Assembly (NCBI GenBank): GCA_043228905.1
Contig: JBHGNT010000015.1
Span: 2,480,001-2,544,000 of the forward strand
DNA length: 64,000 nucleotides
Direction: 5' to 3'
Source: Azolla caroliniana
Taxonomy: Eukaryota; Plantae; Polypodiophyta
The translations under genes and the position numbers were made by a program. The notes beneath the pieces are model-generated. The model did not search any database. It had not been told where the DNA came from and was given only the letters and a program-made list of their open reading frames with translations. The stretch's first letter is position 1; every line of letters begins with the position of its first letter. Positions 1 to 12,370 of the stretch are shown here, one piece after another.

Positions 1-671
1 CATCGTCAGGTTGAGACAAGACCGCACCTATGGCAAAGTCAGAGGCGTTGGTTTCAACCTAGAAAGGGAGGGTGGAGTCGGCGTGGACTAACACGGGCGC
101 GGAGAGAAAATCTGCTTTGAGGGCATTAAAAGCATTGTGTGCCGCGGGAGTCCAAAGAAATGGAGTATCTTTTTGGGTAAGCTGGATGAGAGGTTGGACT
201 AGGGAAGAGAACCCCTCTATAAATCGTCTATAAAAATTTGCAAAACCAAGAAACGATTGTACCTGTTTCAGCCGAGTCGGGAGAGGCTAATCAGTGATTG
301 CGGCTACCTTGCGTTCATCCATTGTGATCCCGGTATGTGAGATCATGTAACCTAGGAATTTGACAGAGGTCCTATCGAATTCGCATTTCTCACTTTTGGT
401 GAAGAGCCCATATTCCCAGAGTTTGGTGAACTAGCCAGACGTGGTGTGTGTGCTCCTCCCAGTTGGAAGAAAAAACTAGGATGTCGTCAAGGTAGATGAC
501 CACGAAATGATCAAGATACTCTCGAAAAATATCGTTCATCATGTGATGGAAGACGGCTGAAGCGTTCGTAAGGCCGAATGACATCACTTTGTACTCGAAA
601 TGTCCATAGCGCGTCCGAAAGGTCATTTTCCACTCGTCCCCAGGCTTGATGCGCAACAAATTGTAGGCACC

Positions 672-1123
672 TGTTGAGAGACAAGCTCAACATCGGCCAG
701 ATCGGCTGAGCAAGCCGAGGACTGGATCGATTGAGACCGATCGGTTAGGCCAGACCGGTGCGTAAAACAGATGCGTAAACCGGTACGCAAACCGGTGCGT
801 AGGAAGGACGTATCGGTGCGTAAACCGAAAGGCCGTTAGAAAGATATTCCTCGTAAGGAATAGTTTTGGGAGTAAGAGTCAAGGCTCATTTATGAGCAGT
901 CAAGTATTGTCAGTACTTGTGCCAGCCCGATTGTCAGGGCTTGTATAAAAGTGCTCATTGAGCACATCCTATGTACAGATTGAGCATTATTTTTTAATTA
1001 AGTTCTTGTGTTTACTCTCTCTTTGTCTCTCCCGTGTGTACTGTGCAAACCTAAGCTTTCCATTAAACCTGCGTTTTCTGTTGTTCGTTTTTTCTATATT
1101 GCTTCCGCACGCCATTCCTTTCA
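672..1123 (+). repeat. 5' LTR of copia-1
   Basis: 452 bp, TGTTGAG...TTTCA; direct repeat of 6016-6466 with roughly two dozen differences, mostly transitions. Confidence 0.95.
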
Positions 1124-1135
1124 TGGTATCAGAGC
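1124..1135 (+). promoter_or_regulatory. Primer binding site (tRNA-iMet) of copia-1
   Basis: TGGTATCAGAGC directly after the LTR. Confidence 0.95.
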
Positions 1136-1205
1136 GCGAGTGTTGAGAACCTCTGCAATCGACTTTGCTTGAAGGAAAAACCAATGAAGAAGAACAAGAA
1201 AACCG

Positions 1206-4200
1206 ATGGACAGAGGAATGGCTAGCTTGCTTCCGACGGAGAAGCTCGACAGAAACAACTACGCGTCTTGGTCTTACAAGATGCACCAGTACATGCTTGG
1301 ACACGGTTACTGGAGCTATGTCAATGGTGCAAATGACACAGTACCCGATTCGACACACAAAGACTTCCCGGTGTGGGAATAATCGGCGAGCAGAGTGTTG
1401 TACTGCTTCGCGTCTTGTGTGGGTGAACAACTGTTAAGCTACGTTCGGGATGCAAAAACGCCGAAGGGTGCATGGGAAAATCTAAAGAAGATTTTCGCCG
1501 CAAGCACCACAACTAGGAAGCTTCAGCTCCGACAAGGGTTGAGCAACCTACGACAACACGATTTGTCGGTGGCTGACTATACCTCGAAGATCAAGGACAT
1601 ATGCGACTCCTTAGCTTCCATCGATGTGAACATCGAGGAAAGCGAGATGGTCCAAGTCTGTCTCGGGGGTTTGGCGTCAAAGTTCGGTGCGTTCCGAACT
1701 GGTGTGTGTACCCGGGAGAATACACCGTCCTTTTTCGACTTACAATCGATGCTCTTGGTAGAGGAGAACCACGCGGGTGCGTCAACGAGCATGCACACCG
1801 ATAGCAAGATGTTGTACACGGAGGGAGATAGGCTCCGTGGTCGTGGCGGACGAGGCGAGTCGGTACGCAATGGAGGCGGCCGACGGGATCAAGGAAGAAG
1901 GCACCGAAGTGATGCCGACAGCAATTCCGGACCCTCCGGAAACAGGGAGAGTCGAGGCGACAAGAACCGGCAAGGGAAATCCGCCGCGGAATGCTGGTAT
2001 TGTGGCAAGAAAGGCCATAGGGAGAGCAAGTGTTGGAAAAAGCGCGCCGAGTCGGAGGGGACCGGGTCCGGATCTGGTTCCGGACATACCGACAAAGGAA
2101 ACTGGCAGGGATCACACTACGCCGAAGGATCCAGAAAAGCCGGAAAAGGGTCAGTCTTCGTGACGAGACACGAAGCAAACTCAATGAAGAAGATCACCCC
2201 GAAGTCGGAGGAGGTGTGGTACGTCGACTCCAGCGTGTCAAACCACATGACGTGCCACGAGGAGTGGTTCTCATACCTTGAGAAACCGACGCAACCAGGA
2301 GTAGTCGCAACCGGAGACGACACTCCGCATCCAATCGCGAATGTCGGTGAAGTTCCCTTGAGCCATGTTGGGCAGAAAGGGAAACTTATGAACGTGTTAC
2401 ACGTCCCGACCATCACGAAGAATTTGGTGTCAGTCGGGCAGATCGTCGACCAGGGGATGCAAGTTCGGTTTACACACCTCGGGTGCTTCATTGATGAAGA
2501 AGGCCGTATTATTGCGCAAGGGCGCAGAGATGGGAGGATGTTCATCCTTGACTCTATTGATGGTGGCACCACAATGTTTGCGAAGGGACAGAAAGTCGAG
2601 TCGGACATCGACTTATGGCACAAGCGGATAGGCCACATCAACTACCAGCGGCTTCAAAACCTGCAATCGAAACAAGTGGTGTTCGGATTGCCCAAATTTA
2701 GTGGCCGGAAGACACAAATTTGTGAAGCCTGCCAGCTTGGGAAGCAACACTGACTTCCCTTCCCCAACGAGCGTAACCGGAGCCAGAACAAGCTCGACGT
2801 GATACACTCCGATGTGTGGGGACTGACACAAAATGTTAGTCTTGGTGGGAGCCGATATTTTGTCTCCTTCATCGACGACTACACACAACACACATGGATC
2901 TACCTCATCGAGAGGAAGAGCGAAGTCTTCAACTGTTTCCGAGACCTCAAAGGGTTCGTGGAAATGGAAACAGGAAGACAGATCAAGTGCTTGCGGTCGG
3001 ATGGCGGAAAAGAATACTTTTACGGTCAATTCAACAGTTATCTACAACAAATGGGAATTCGACGCGAATTTAGTTGCAGATACACGCCGGAGCAAAACGG
3101 CATGGCCGAGAGGAAAAATCGGTCGGTTGTGGAAGCGGCATGGGCAATGCTGGAAGAGAAGAGCTTGCCCAAGTTCTACTGGGCCGAGGCGGTAAGGACC
3201 GCGGTATACATCCAAAATCGGATCGGAGATAAAGTGTCGGCGCACAAGCTATATTTCGGAATGAAGCCGAACTTGCGACACTTACGAGTTTTTGGTAGCA
3301 TTGCGTATGTGCATGTGCCGAAGGAGAAAAGGAGGAAGTTGGACGCGAAAGCCGAGAAGTGTATCTTGGTCGGCTATTCGGATGAGCAGAAGGGTTATAA
3401 GTGCTATAACCCGTGTACCAAACAAACGCGCGTGAGCCGCGACATTGTGTTTGATGAGTCCGCATCCTGGTACTTGCCCCCGACTCCGGACCTCACCTCC
3501 AATCCGGGTTCTGACGATGAGGTCAGCAAGACTGAGATGCCTCCGAATGAGCCTGAAATTGGGACCCACGAAGAGAGTCCGATTTCGTTTCGGTTAAGTG
3601 GACCGAATGGATGACTGAGTCGTTTCGACTAGTCCGATGAAGAGCTAGCGAGTAGTGGAGACTTGGCCGTACACTCCCCGCGCAGGAAGCCGAGGAGACA
3701 GCTTACGTGCAAAGAGAAAGGGAAGAAAAAGCTGTCGGATTCCGACACGTATAGAAACGAGTCAGACCGACGCGAGTCCGACTTCGAGGAAAGCGGTGAC
3801 GGGTCTTCAAGAGCGAAGTCCGCGTCGGTCGAGAAGACCTCGACATCGGCTAAAGACCGATTACGCCGATCTACCCACCAGAAGAACCCAGTTGTGTGGT
3901 TCGGATACAACGAGTACATGGCGCATCATTATGCATACATGACCCGTGTAGCGGAAGTGCGTGAGCCGGAGAGCTACGTAGAAGCGGCTAAGGACGCGAA
4001 CTGGCGCGCCGTGATGAAGGAAGATATGCACGCATTGGCGGAAAACGAGACCTGGACCTGGTTGACGCACCAAAGGGTGTGAAGCCGATCAGATGTAGGT
4101 GGGTGTACAAGGTCAAGTATAACACCGACGGCTCGGTCAACCGATACAAGGTCCGGTTAGTAGCAAAAGGCTACGCGCAGAAACACGACATTGACTATGA

Positions 4201-5510
4201 TGAGACGTTTGCTTCGATCGTGAAGATGACAACCGTTCGTGGTTTGCTCGCGGTAGCTGCGGCAAAGGGGTGGCACTTACATCAGATGGATGTAAAGAAT
4301 GTGTTCCTACAAGGTGAGCTTGAGGAACAGGTGTACATGGTACAACCCCCCGGATTTCACTACGGAACGAACACCTCGGCGGTATGCCGATTGAAGCAGT
4401 CCCTTTATGGACTGAAGCAAGCCCCACATGCCTAGAACGCGAAGATCACGCAGCAACTGTGTCGGATGGGCTTTGCAACGTCAAAATTAGACTCTTCCCT
4501 GTTCATTCGGAAAGGTCGACTCGGGCCGGTTAGTATTTTACTATATGTTGATGACTTGGTCATCACCGACGTTGACCTAGGTGAAATCGACCACGTGAAG
4601 CTCCAGCTTGCGGCATCATTCGACATGAAGGATCTGGGGGACCTTCATTACTTCCTTGGGATCGAAGTGGTCCGCACCCCCGAAGGCATACTGATCAGCC
4701 AACATCATTACGCGCTGAATATGCTCTTCAAATTCGGGATGGCAGACTGTAAGTCCGTCTCGACTCCTCTTGATAGAACTGTCAAGCTCCACCCCAATTC
4801 CGGAAAGGTGTGCGACCCGACGAGGTTCCAACAAATTGTTGGAAGCCTTATTTACTTGACAATCACCCGACTCGATCTTAGTTATCCGATCGGGGTGATC
4901 AGTCAGTTTATGGCGCGACCTACCAAGGAGCACCTTCAGTGTGCGCAACGCATACTGCGGTACGTAAGCAGCACTAAGGACCGCGGACTGCTATTTCGGA
5001 CCGGTCTAGCCCCGCAGTTGGTTGGCTACATCGATGCTGATTGGGCTGGCAACGCCGCCGATCGCCGATCCACGTCCGGATACGTGTTCTCTCTTGGGAG
5101 TGTCGCGATAGCGTGGAGTTAGCAAGAAACAGCCGACAGTTGCACTGTCGAGCACCGAAGCCGTGTATAGAGGAGCGGTTGTCGTGACATGCGAAGCCAT
5201 ATGGTTGAAGCAGCTACTTAAGGATCTGTAGGTGGAGGTGTCTGATCCGACGACGATCTATTGCGACAACCTCAGCAGTATCCAGCTCGCGAAGAACCCT
5301 GTCTTCCACGCATGGACCAAGCACATTGAGGTGCACTACCATTTTGTCCGTGAGCGTGTCCTTTTTGGTGAAGTCAAACTTCAGTATGTTCCGACGGATC
5401 GTCAGACCACCGACATCTTCACCAAGCCTCTTGGTCTGGACAAGTTGCGGCAATTCTCGGGTGCGCTTGGGTTGCGTCACCTTGACGTGCCGAACTTGAG
5501 GGGGAGAGAC
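1206..5510 (+). pseudogene. copia-1 gag-pol polyprotein pseudogene
   Basis: ATG at 1206 (MDRGMASLLPTEKLDRNNYASW); zinc knuckle CWYCGKKGHRESKC; PR WYVDSS; GAG-pre-integrase WHKRIGH; INT HSDVWG...SDGGKEY; [17 protein letters not shown]; RH YIDADWAG...KHIEVHYHF. In-frame stops (1380, 2751, 3612, 4433) and frameshifts. Confidence 0.92.
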
Positions 5511-6015
5511 GCCCCAGATGACCACAGAAGGGAGCAGGAAAGGAGCGGAAAAGACCGTAGCGCCGAGTCGGATGACAAATTCGATTTCGGATCGGCTGAA
5601 GAAGCCGAGGGCGGATCCGGGGAAGAGTCCGAAAGCGGTTTAAGGGGAGCAGCCGAAAGAAAGAGCCAAAGCCAACCAAGCATGGGGGAGATGATGCCGT
5701 CAAGGGCGAGAAGACTGAAGACGAGTTGGAGACAACCAACTCGGACGAGAGCGAAACTGATCGGAGGTAGCCGAGTCGGTTCGAGTGTTTGATTCGGATA
5801 CACTGAATCAACCGAGGGCCAATTGGAAAAGAAGGCAGCAGGAGAAGCGCCAACACTACGACAACAAGGGAGTTGTGAAGGGTTGTACCGACCGGAAGGG
5901 TCGAAGTGCACGGAGTCGAAAAGACTGAGGAGCGCGAGCGAGGCGTGGAGCCAGGAGGAACCGGAGCGGTGATACGGAAGATCCCAAAGAGCCTCAAGTT
6001 GAGCTTGAGGGGGAG

Positions 6016-6466
6016 TGTTGAGAGACAAGCTCAACATCGGCCGGATCGGCTGAGCAAGCCGAGGACCGGATCGGTTGGTGTCGATCGGTTAGGCCGGACC
6101 GGTGCGTAAAACGGATGCGTAAAACGGTACGCAACCGGTGTGTAGGAAGGACGTATCGGTGCGTAAACTGAAAGGCCGTTAGAAAGATATTCCTCATAAG
6201 GAATAGTTTTGGGAGTAAGAATCGAGGCTCATTTATGAGCAGTCAAGTATTGTCAGTACTTGTGCCAGCTTGATTGTCAGGGCTTGTATAAAAGTGCTCA
6301 CTGAGCACATCCTATGTACAGATTGAGCATTATTTTTGAATTAAGTTCTTGTGTTTACTCTCTCTTTGTCTCTCCCGTGCATACTGTGCAAACCTAAGCT
6401 TTCCATTAAACTTGCGTTTTCTGTTGTTCGTTTTTTCTAGATTGCTTCCGCACGCCATTCTTTTCA
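6016..6466 (+). repeat. 3' LTR of copia-1, preceded by PPT GAGGGGGAG (6007-6015)
   Basis: Direct repeat of 672-1123, followed by TSD GCACC. Confidence 0.95.
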
Positions 6467-7771
6467 GCACCCCGAAGCTCGATTTTGAAGAAGATATGCC
6501 CAGTTCGGAGTCGATCGAGGAGCGTTGGAATTAAGGGCAGGGGGTAACTATTACACATCGTAACTTTGTTGAGACCCCGATAATCCACACATAAGCATAA
6601 GGAGCCGTCCTTTTTTTTGACAAATAAGATTGGTGCCCCAGCCGGTGATTTGGAGGGTTGAATGAAGCCCTTCACGAGATTCTTAACTAGATATGTGCGA
6701 AGAGCCTCAAGTTTGGGTTCAGATTACCCATAGACAGGACCGAATAGGGGATGCTCACTGGCGTGGAGTTTGATTGGGCAATCGTAGGTGCACCTGAGTA
6801 TTTATACAAGAAGGTGGGGCTATGTAAGCCAGCTAGAAATAGAATATGCATGAGGATGCATGCAATAGAGAATGCATGAGAATGTGTGCAAGCTAGAAAC
6901 TTCCAATGTTCAATCTATACTACATGAAGTTGGATAGGGTTGCTAAATAGAGACCATGAGGTCTTGGGTTCAATACCTGTCTTCCTCCATGGCTTCTAAC
7001 TGTTTAAACCGTTAAGTCGCAGTTATGCGGTTCGATTCGGTTCAAACTGAACCGTTGCGAATTGTTAGATACCACTTGATGGAATGAATGCGCGGAAGTA
7101 AGTAAGGACTGTAGGTTATGTGCTCTGCAAACAACACAAAGAATATGACCGAAGAAATGATGGAAACGTTGTCGTGCCTTTCGGCGTCGGATTGTTGCGT
7201 GAGTCGAGCGGAAACCGTTGAGGTTATGGACTAGAAAGAGGAGGAATTTAAGGCAAATAGGAATGTGAATAGGTTGTAATAAAGAGATATAGAACCTTGT
7301 GAATCTCACGAGTGTATTGTATTAGGTTTATTAGTATTTAAAACCCTAATAACAAATTAAAAAATATTGGAAAAGAGAGATAGAAAATTGTGAATCACAC
7401 AAGTATAATCAATTCAATCAATGTTTAGAAACCCAACAAAAATCGACAACAACCCCTTACAATTTGTTCCCCCTGTTGAGAATCAAGCTCAACTTGGTCT
7501 AGTGTGTGAACTCACCTTGAGAGTGAATAGACACTCCAACGGTCAAGAGTCACCATTATGTCACCACTGTGTATTCTAGCATTTAGTATGAGTCATAGAA
7601 TCATATTCTATGACACATAACTTATGAGCTTTCACATTCCCCATGCTCCATGAGTCTTGTAGTTAATGAAGAGAGAGGGTGACTATATAAAGCACCCTCC
7701 TCGCACCTTGTATGAGTTGAGTCTTTCTCCTTTATTAATACAATCTACCTTGCGTATACTCTGTGTCTCTT

Positions 7772-7802
<31 letters not shown>

Positions 7803-7839
7803 TACACACATAACACACATCTATTCCGCTACTCCGACC

Positions 7840-9555
7840 GTGGCGGAATGTTCATGATGAAACATAGAGCAAACTCTATGTTGGCCTCTACCTCAACTAG
7901 TGCCACTGGTCCGGAAGACGTATGGTTCGTCGATTCTGGTGCCTCGAACCATATGACATCGCATCAAGAATGGTTCCGAGAACTTCGAGAGCCGGACTGA
8001 CCCGACTATGTCGAAACCGGAGACGACACTACGCACCCGATTCGGCACATCGGCAATGTTCCGTTCGGAAAAGAAGGTAAGCAAAATTACATTAAAAATG
8101 TCTTGCAAGGAAAAGAATTTGGTCTCCGTTGGCCAAATTGTAGAGCAAGGGATGCAAGTTCGATTTAATCAAGGTGGTTGCTTCATCGAAAAAGACGGTC
8201 GACTCATCGCATGCGGACGAAGAGAGGGCCGAACGTTCATTCTCGACTCACATGAGATGAAATCGGCCATGTTCGCAAAGGGCATGAAAGCTGACTCCGA
8301 CATAGAGTTATGGCACAAGCGGATTGACCATATAAATCTCCAAAAGCTCAAAGCAATGAAATCGAAAGGAGTCGTCATCGGACTCCTGACGTTCAAAGAG
8401 AAGGAGATTGAAGGTATATGCAAAGCGTGCCAATTCGGCAAGCAACACCGACACCCATTCCCAAAAGAGCGGAACGTGAGCAAAGGTCTACTCGACGTAG
8501 TCCATTCCGACGCATGGGAACCGGCGTAGACGGCTACATTCGGCGGATGTCGATATTACGTGCTCTTCATCGACGACTTCTCTAGGCACACTTGGATCAA
8601 CTTGATGTGACAAAAGAGCAAAGTGTTCGGACACTTCCAAACATTCAAGAATGAAGTCGAGAAAGCCACGGGCCGACATGTACAATAGAAGCCATGTACA
8701 ATAGTCGAGAAACATTTTCCGAAGCAGCCAAGGATCCGTGATGGATAGAAGCCATGAACGAGGAGATGCAGGCACTACGCAAGAATGAGACGTGGGATCT
8801 CCTTTCCACCTCACCACACAAAAAGGAGATCGGTTGTAGATGGATTTACAAAGTGAAGTACAACGCTGACGGTTTCGTCAACCACTACAAAACGCGACTC
8901 GTAGCGAAAGGCTACACCCAAACGCACGGAGTTGACTACGAGGAGACCTTTGCCCCGGTGGCAAAGATAACGACGGTACGAACCGTAATTGCGCTTGCTG
9001 CGGCGAAAGGGTGGCATCTCCATCAAATGGACATCAAGAACGCCTTTCTACAAGGCGAATTAGAAGAGGAGGTGTACATGATACAACCGCCCGGCTTCAA
9101 CTCGAGCACCCATCTGAAAGTTGTATGCCAACTCAAGAAGCCACTCTACGGCCTCAAGAAAGCACCGTGTGCTTGGCATTCGAAGATAACACAATATCTT
9201 CATCAAATCGGCTTCCGTATGTCAAAATCAGACAACTCCCTCTACATACGAAGCGATTTTGCAAGTCCGATCAACATCATCTTATATGTGGATGACCTAG
9301 TAATTGGCGGTGAGCATCTCGTCGACATCAATAAGGTCAAATCCCTCCTTTCCGACAAGTTCGAGATGACGGACATGAAGGAGCTCCACTACTTCCTAGG
9401 CATCGAGGTAATTCGGACTCCGGCCGGAATCATGATCTCTCAACGGCACTACATCCTCAACTTGTTATACAAGTTCGGTATGGCTGAGTGCAAATCTGCG
9501 GCAACCCCGCTCGATCGCAATCTCAAACTAGATGCAAACTCCGGCACCAAAGCGT
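7840..9555 (+). pseudogene. copia-2 pol, 5' part (PR, partial INT, RT)
   Basis: ORFs 8008-8529 and 8754-9563 align by eye with the copia-1 domains; stops, frameshifts and an ~1 kb integrase deletion. Confidence 0.85.
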
Positions 9556-10108
9556 TGTCGTGAAGAAAACCGGCCATAGGCGGAATCGGAGAGAAAAGCG
9601 CATGAATCGGCTCTTACACGTATGGACGCATGACTTGATATTTTGTACCCGATTCATAAATGGATCGGTGGGTGAAAATACTAAGAAGCACACATTTATC
9701 AGGGGATTGTGTGTATCTCTGTCAGGAGGGACAGGGAATAAAGCGAATTGACAAGAGGATGGGGATATAAAAAGGAAGAAGGGGAGGGGCGTTGGAAAAA
9801 GAAGAAGAGGAAGTGTTGCTGTAGAACCGAGGGTCGAGCTCTCTCTCTCCTCGGATCGTCGTTCTCTGCGGGTGTCGGGAGTTCGCTGCCTCTGCTTCGT
9901 GGACAGCCCGTGTGCTTCCAGCAGAGTCTCTCCCTTTCCCCTTTTGTTTCTTCGAGTCGTGTGACTGTCGTCGGTGTGCGTGAGTAGGGTCCCCGTGTCG
10001 GGTCCATCGCCGCCTTGTCGGTTGTAACCGTCGGAGTTTGTAATCTCTTGTCATTGTAATTAAGTGTTATGTTCTATATCTCTCCTTCTCGCTTCTACGT
10101 GCCTGTGA

Positions 10109-10150
<42 letters not shown>

Positions 10151-10212
10151 CCTTGGTCCAAGACCCTTGTGGTCCCGCCCCTTTCTACACGTACTCGCGT
10201 AACGACGCGACA
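9556..10212 (+). repeat. 5' LTR of nested gypsy (contains (CT)n)
   Basis: 657 bp; highly similar to 15919-16587, with the length difference in the (CT)n tract. TATA-like GATATAAAAA at ~9764. Confidence 0.95.
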
Positions 10213-10216
10213 TATT

Positions 10217-10233
10217 TGGTGAACCCGACGTGA
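10217..10233 (+). promoter_or_regulatory. Primer binding site complementary to tRNA-Trp
   Basis: TGGTGAACCCGACGTGA is the reverse complement of UCACGUCGGGUUCA-CCA, the 3' end of plant cytosolic tRNA-Trp as I recall it. Confidence 0.8.
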
Positions 10234-10256
10234 AAGGGCGGCAAAGGAGTCGAAAG

Positions 10257-12370
10257 ATGAGGGGTTCGGAGCTAGCAGAGGCAATGGCGGTGGCCGTCGA
10301 CCGGCTGGTGAGCGCTCGTGAGGGGACGGGTACCCTCGACAGAGCCATTGAATCGATCGTCGGCTCTATAGGCCATTTCGGAGGGAAAGACGCCACAAGT
10401 TATTTGGAGGCTTACCGGGCCGGAATGATCATGAGGGATATCCCGGTGGACAGGCGGCTGTTCGGATTCCCTCGGGTGGTGACGCCGGGCATCCACGCAA
10501 AGGTGCTCGAGGTGCTGACCGGATGCCAGACTTGGGAGGAGTTCGAGCTGCAGCTCCTCGAGAAGTACGGGTTTGACGACTCGCTTCGGCTGTCGAGGCG
10601 GGACTTCATGGCGTGGGTGGAAAGCCCCGGAAAGGGGAGGAACACGTCGGTGCTCCTCTAGGAGTTCGAAAAACGGTTCGCGCGGCTATCGACACTGGAC
10701 CGGACGGTGCTCGAAACAAGTTGAGTGCTACTGTTTGTCAAGTCGGTGGACGCGCTCGACAGGGAAAAGGTGGGTCCCCTATTGGAAACAGACGAAGGGC
10801 TCATGGAAGACTGGGCCGTGGTAAAACGGGTCTGCAGTCGTTTCGACAAACGACGCGATTGGAGCGACGGAAGCTCGTCGGGGTCGAGGCCGGTCCCGGG
10901 GAGGAGGCTGGAGGAGCCGGTATCGGTGCCGGCCGGTAGGAAGGAAGAGACCCGAATCTGGCCGACGTGGTCAGAGGCCCATCCGGAGGAGCGACTCTGG
11001 AGGAGCTGACACAAATGGTGTGCGACCTACAGATCGCACAGGCCTGGAGAGACAGCGGCGAACAACCTCGCGACCGGAGGCCGCCGACTGGGCAGCGGTG
11101 CATGTGGTGTGACACGATCGGTCACATTCGGAAGGATTGCGCGAATTTCGCTGACGTGCTCAGGACCAACGTGGTGTACCTCTGGAACGGGCGGGTGCAC
11201 GCGAGCGAGACCCGGAGAGCCCTAGAACTGAATACAGGGCAGGACGGAATGAAGAGGTTGATGGAAGAGGCCGCGACACGCCATGTAGAAGCCATTAACT
11301 TCTCAGTGTCGGCAGGAATTCGGGTCGGGGGTGATGAGACCCAGAAGGCGAAGGACTCCGGATTCTGGCCGCTAGTGCTAGAAGGCCTCTCCGGAGTTCG
11401 GTTGAAGAAGGAAGAGGCGGACCGCGCGGAACAGCGGGTCCAGGAGATCACGGGTTGGGACAATCCGGTCGAAGAGAAGACGGGCTTCGTAGAAGCCGTG
11501 TGCCAGAACTACGAGGTTTTGGTGGAAGACAAACGGGCCGGAAAGGCCGGAGGGGTCGGTCCCCCCCAGAGGTACGAGACTCGGTTCGGACCGAAACCGG
11601 CCGGTGCCGGCATCCCGGGTGTGCCGGATAGGAAAAAGCAGGCGGGGTTTCGGTTGACCACCGAAATCGAGAGAGCAACGGACCTACGGAAGGTCCTTGA
11701 AGAGCGAATCCTCGACAGTAAAGTGGAGTTGTCATTGCGGGAGGTGTTGGGAATCGCCAAGAGGGAGTTCCACGACTCTATCGTAGACTTGGTGAAGCGG
11801 AAGAGGCTCTCGACGGAGCCGGAACTGGAGAAGCCAGTGGAAGTGCGGACCATGCACTTGGAAGACGAAGCCCTGGAAGACGAGTTGGCGGGAAGCCACT
11901 ACACGAAGCCGCATTGGGCCAGGGCAACTGTGGAAACCCCTGTACGGATCGGCAATGTCCTGGAACCGGTGGTGGCGTTGGTAGACCATGGGTCCGAAAT
12001 CAACTTGATGTCCATGGATTTCTACAAGAAGGGTAAATGGCCGATCAACACCAAGCACGGCTGGAAGATACGGGCGGCGATGCGCACCACGGAAGAACTA
12101 CATGGGGCATGTCCGAACGTAAGGGTGAAAATCGGCGATGTCGAGATCGACCAACACTTCTTCGTGCAGGAGACGTCCTCGCATCCGGTTATACTAGGAG
12201 AGCCATATATCACGACGGCACGGATGGAGACCAAGGTGCTGGACAACGGTTCAGCCTATGCAAGAGTCAAGAGCTAGGAAGGGCGTCACTCGGTCCAGTT
12301 CCTAACGGTGCGACCAAACCACGAGCGTAACCGCGAGGCCCTCAGCGGCGAAACCCGAGGGGATTTTTAG
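10257..12370 (+). pseudogene. gypsy gag-protease ORF (disrupted)
   Basis: ATG 10257; zinc knuckle CMWCDTIGHIRKDC; aspartic protease ALVDHGSEINLM...ILGEPY; natural end ...TRGDF* at 12370; premature stops at 10659 and 12275. Confidence 0.85.

Larger units (their letters stand above)
672..6466 (+). mobile_element. Full-length Ty1/copia LTR retrotransposon (copia-1), non-functional
   Basis: TG...CA LTRs at 672-1123 and 6016-6466; TSD GCACC at 667-671 and 6467-6471; Met-i PBS; PPT; domain order gag-PR-INT-RT-RH. Confidence 0.97.
1..6790 (-). mobile_element. Degenerate Ty3/gypsy (chromovirus/Tcn1-like) pol fragment, RT to RNase H start, split by the copia at 672-6466
   Basis: Minus strand 6675-6467 reads [35 protein letters not shown]...KIELRGA and resumes at 671 with [15 protein letters not shown]...[24 protein letters not shown] (RNase H start) lies at ~55-10. 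Contains stops and frameshifts. Confidence 0.9.

Noticed and set aside
5419-6037. Antisense ORFs (192 and 186 aa) as an env-like or accessory gene
   Set aside because: No ATG start or recognisable domain; the hydrophobic stretches are the expected mirror of a purine-rich sense strand.
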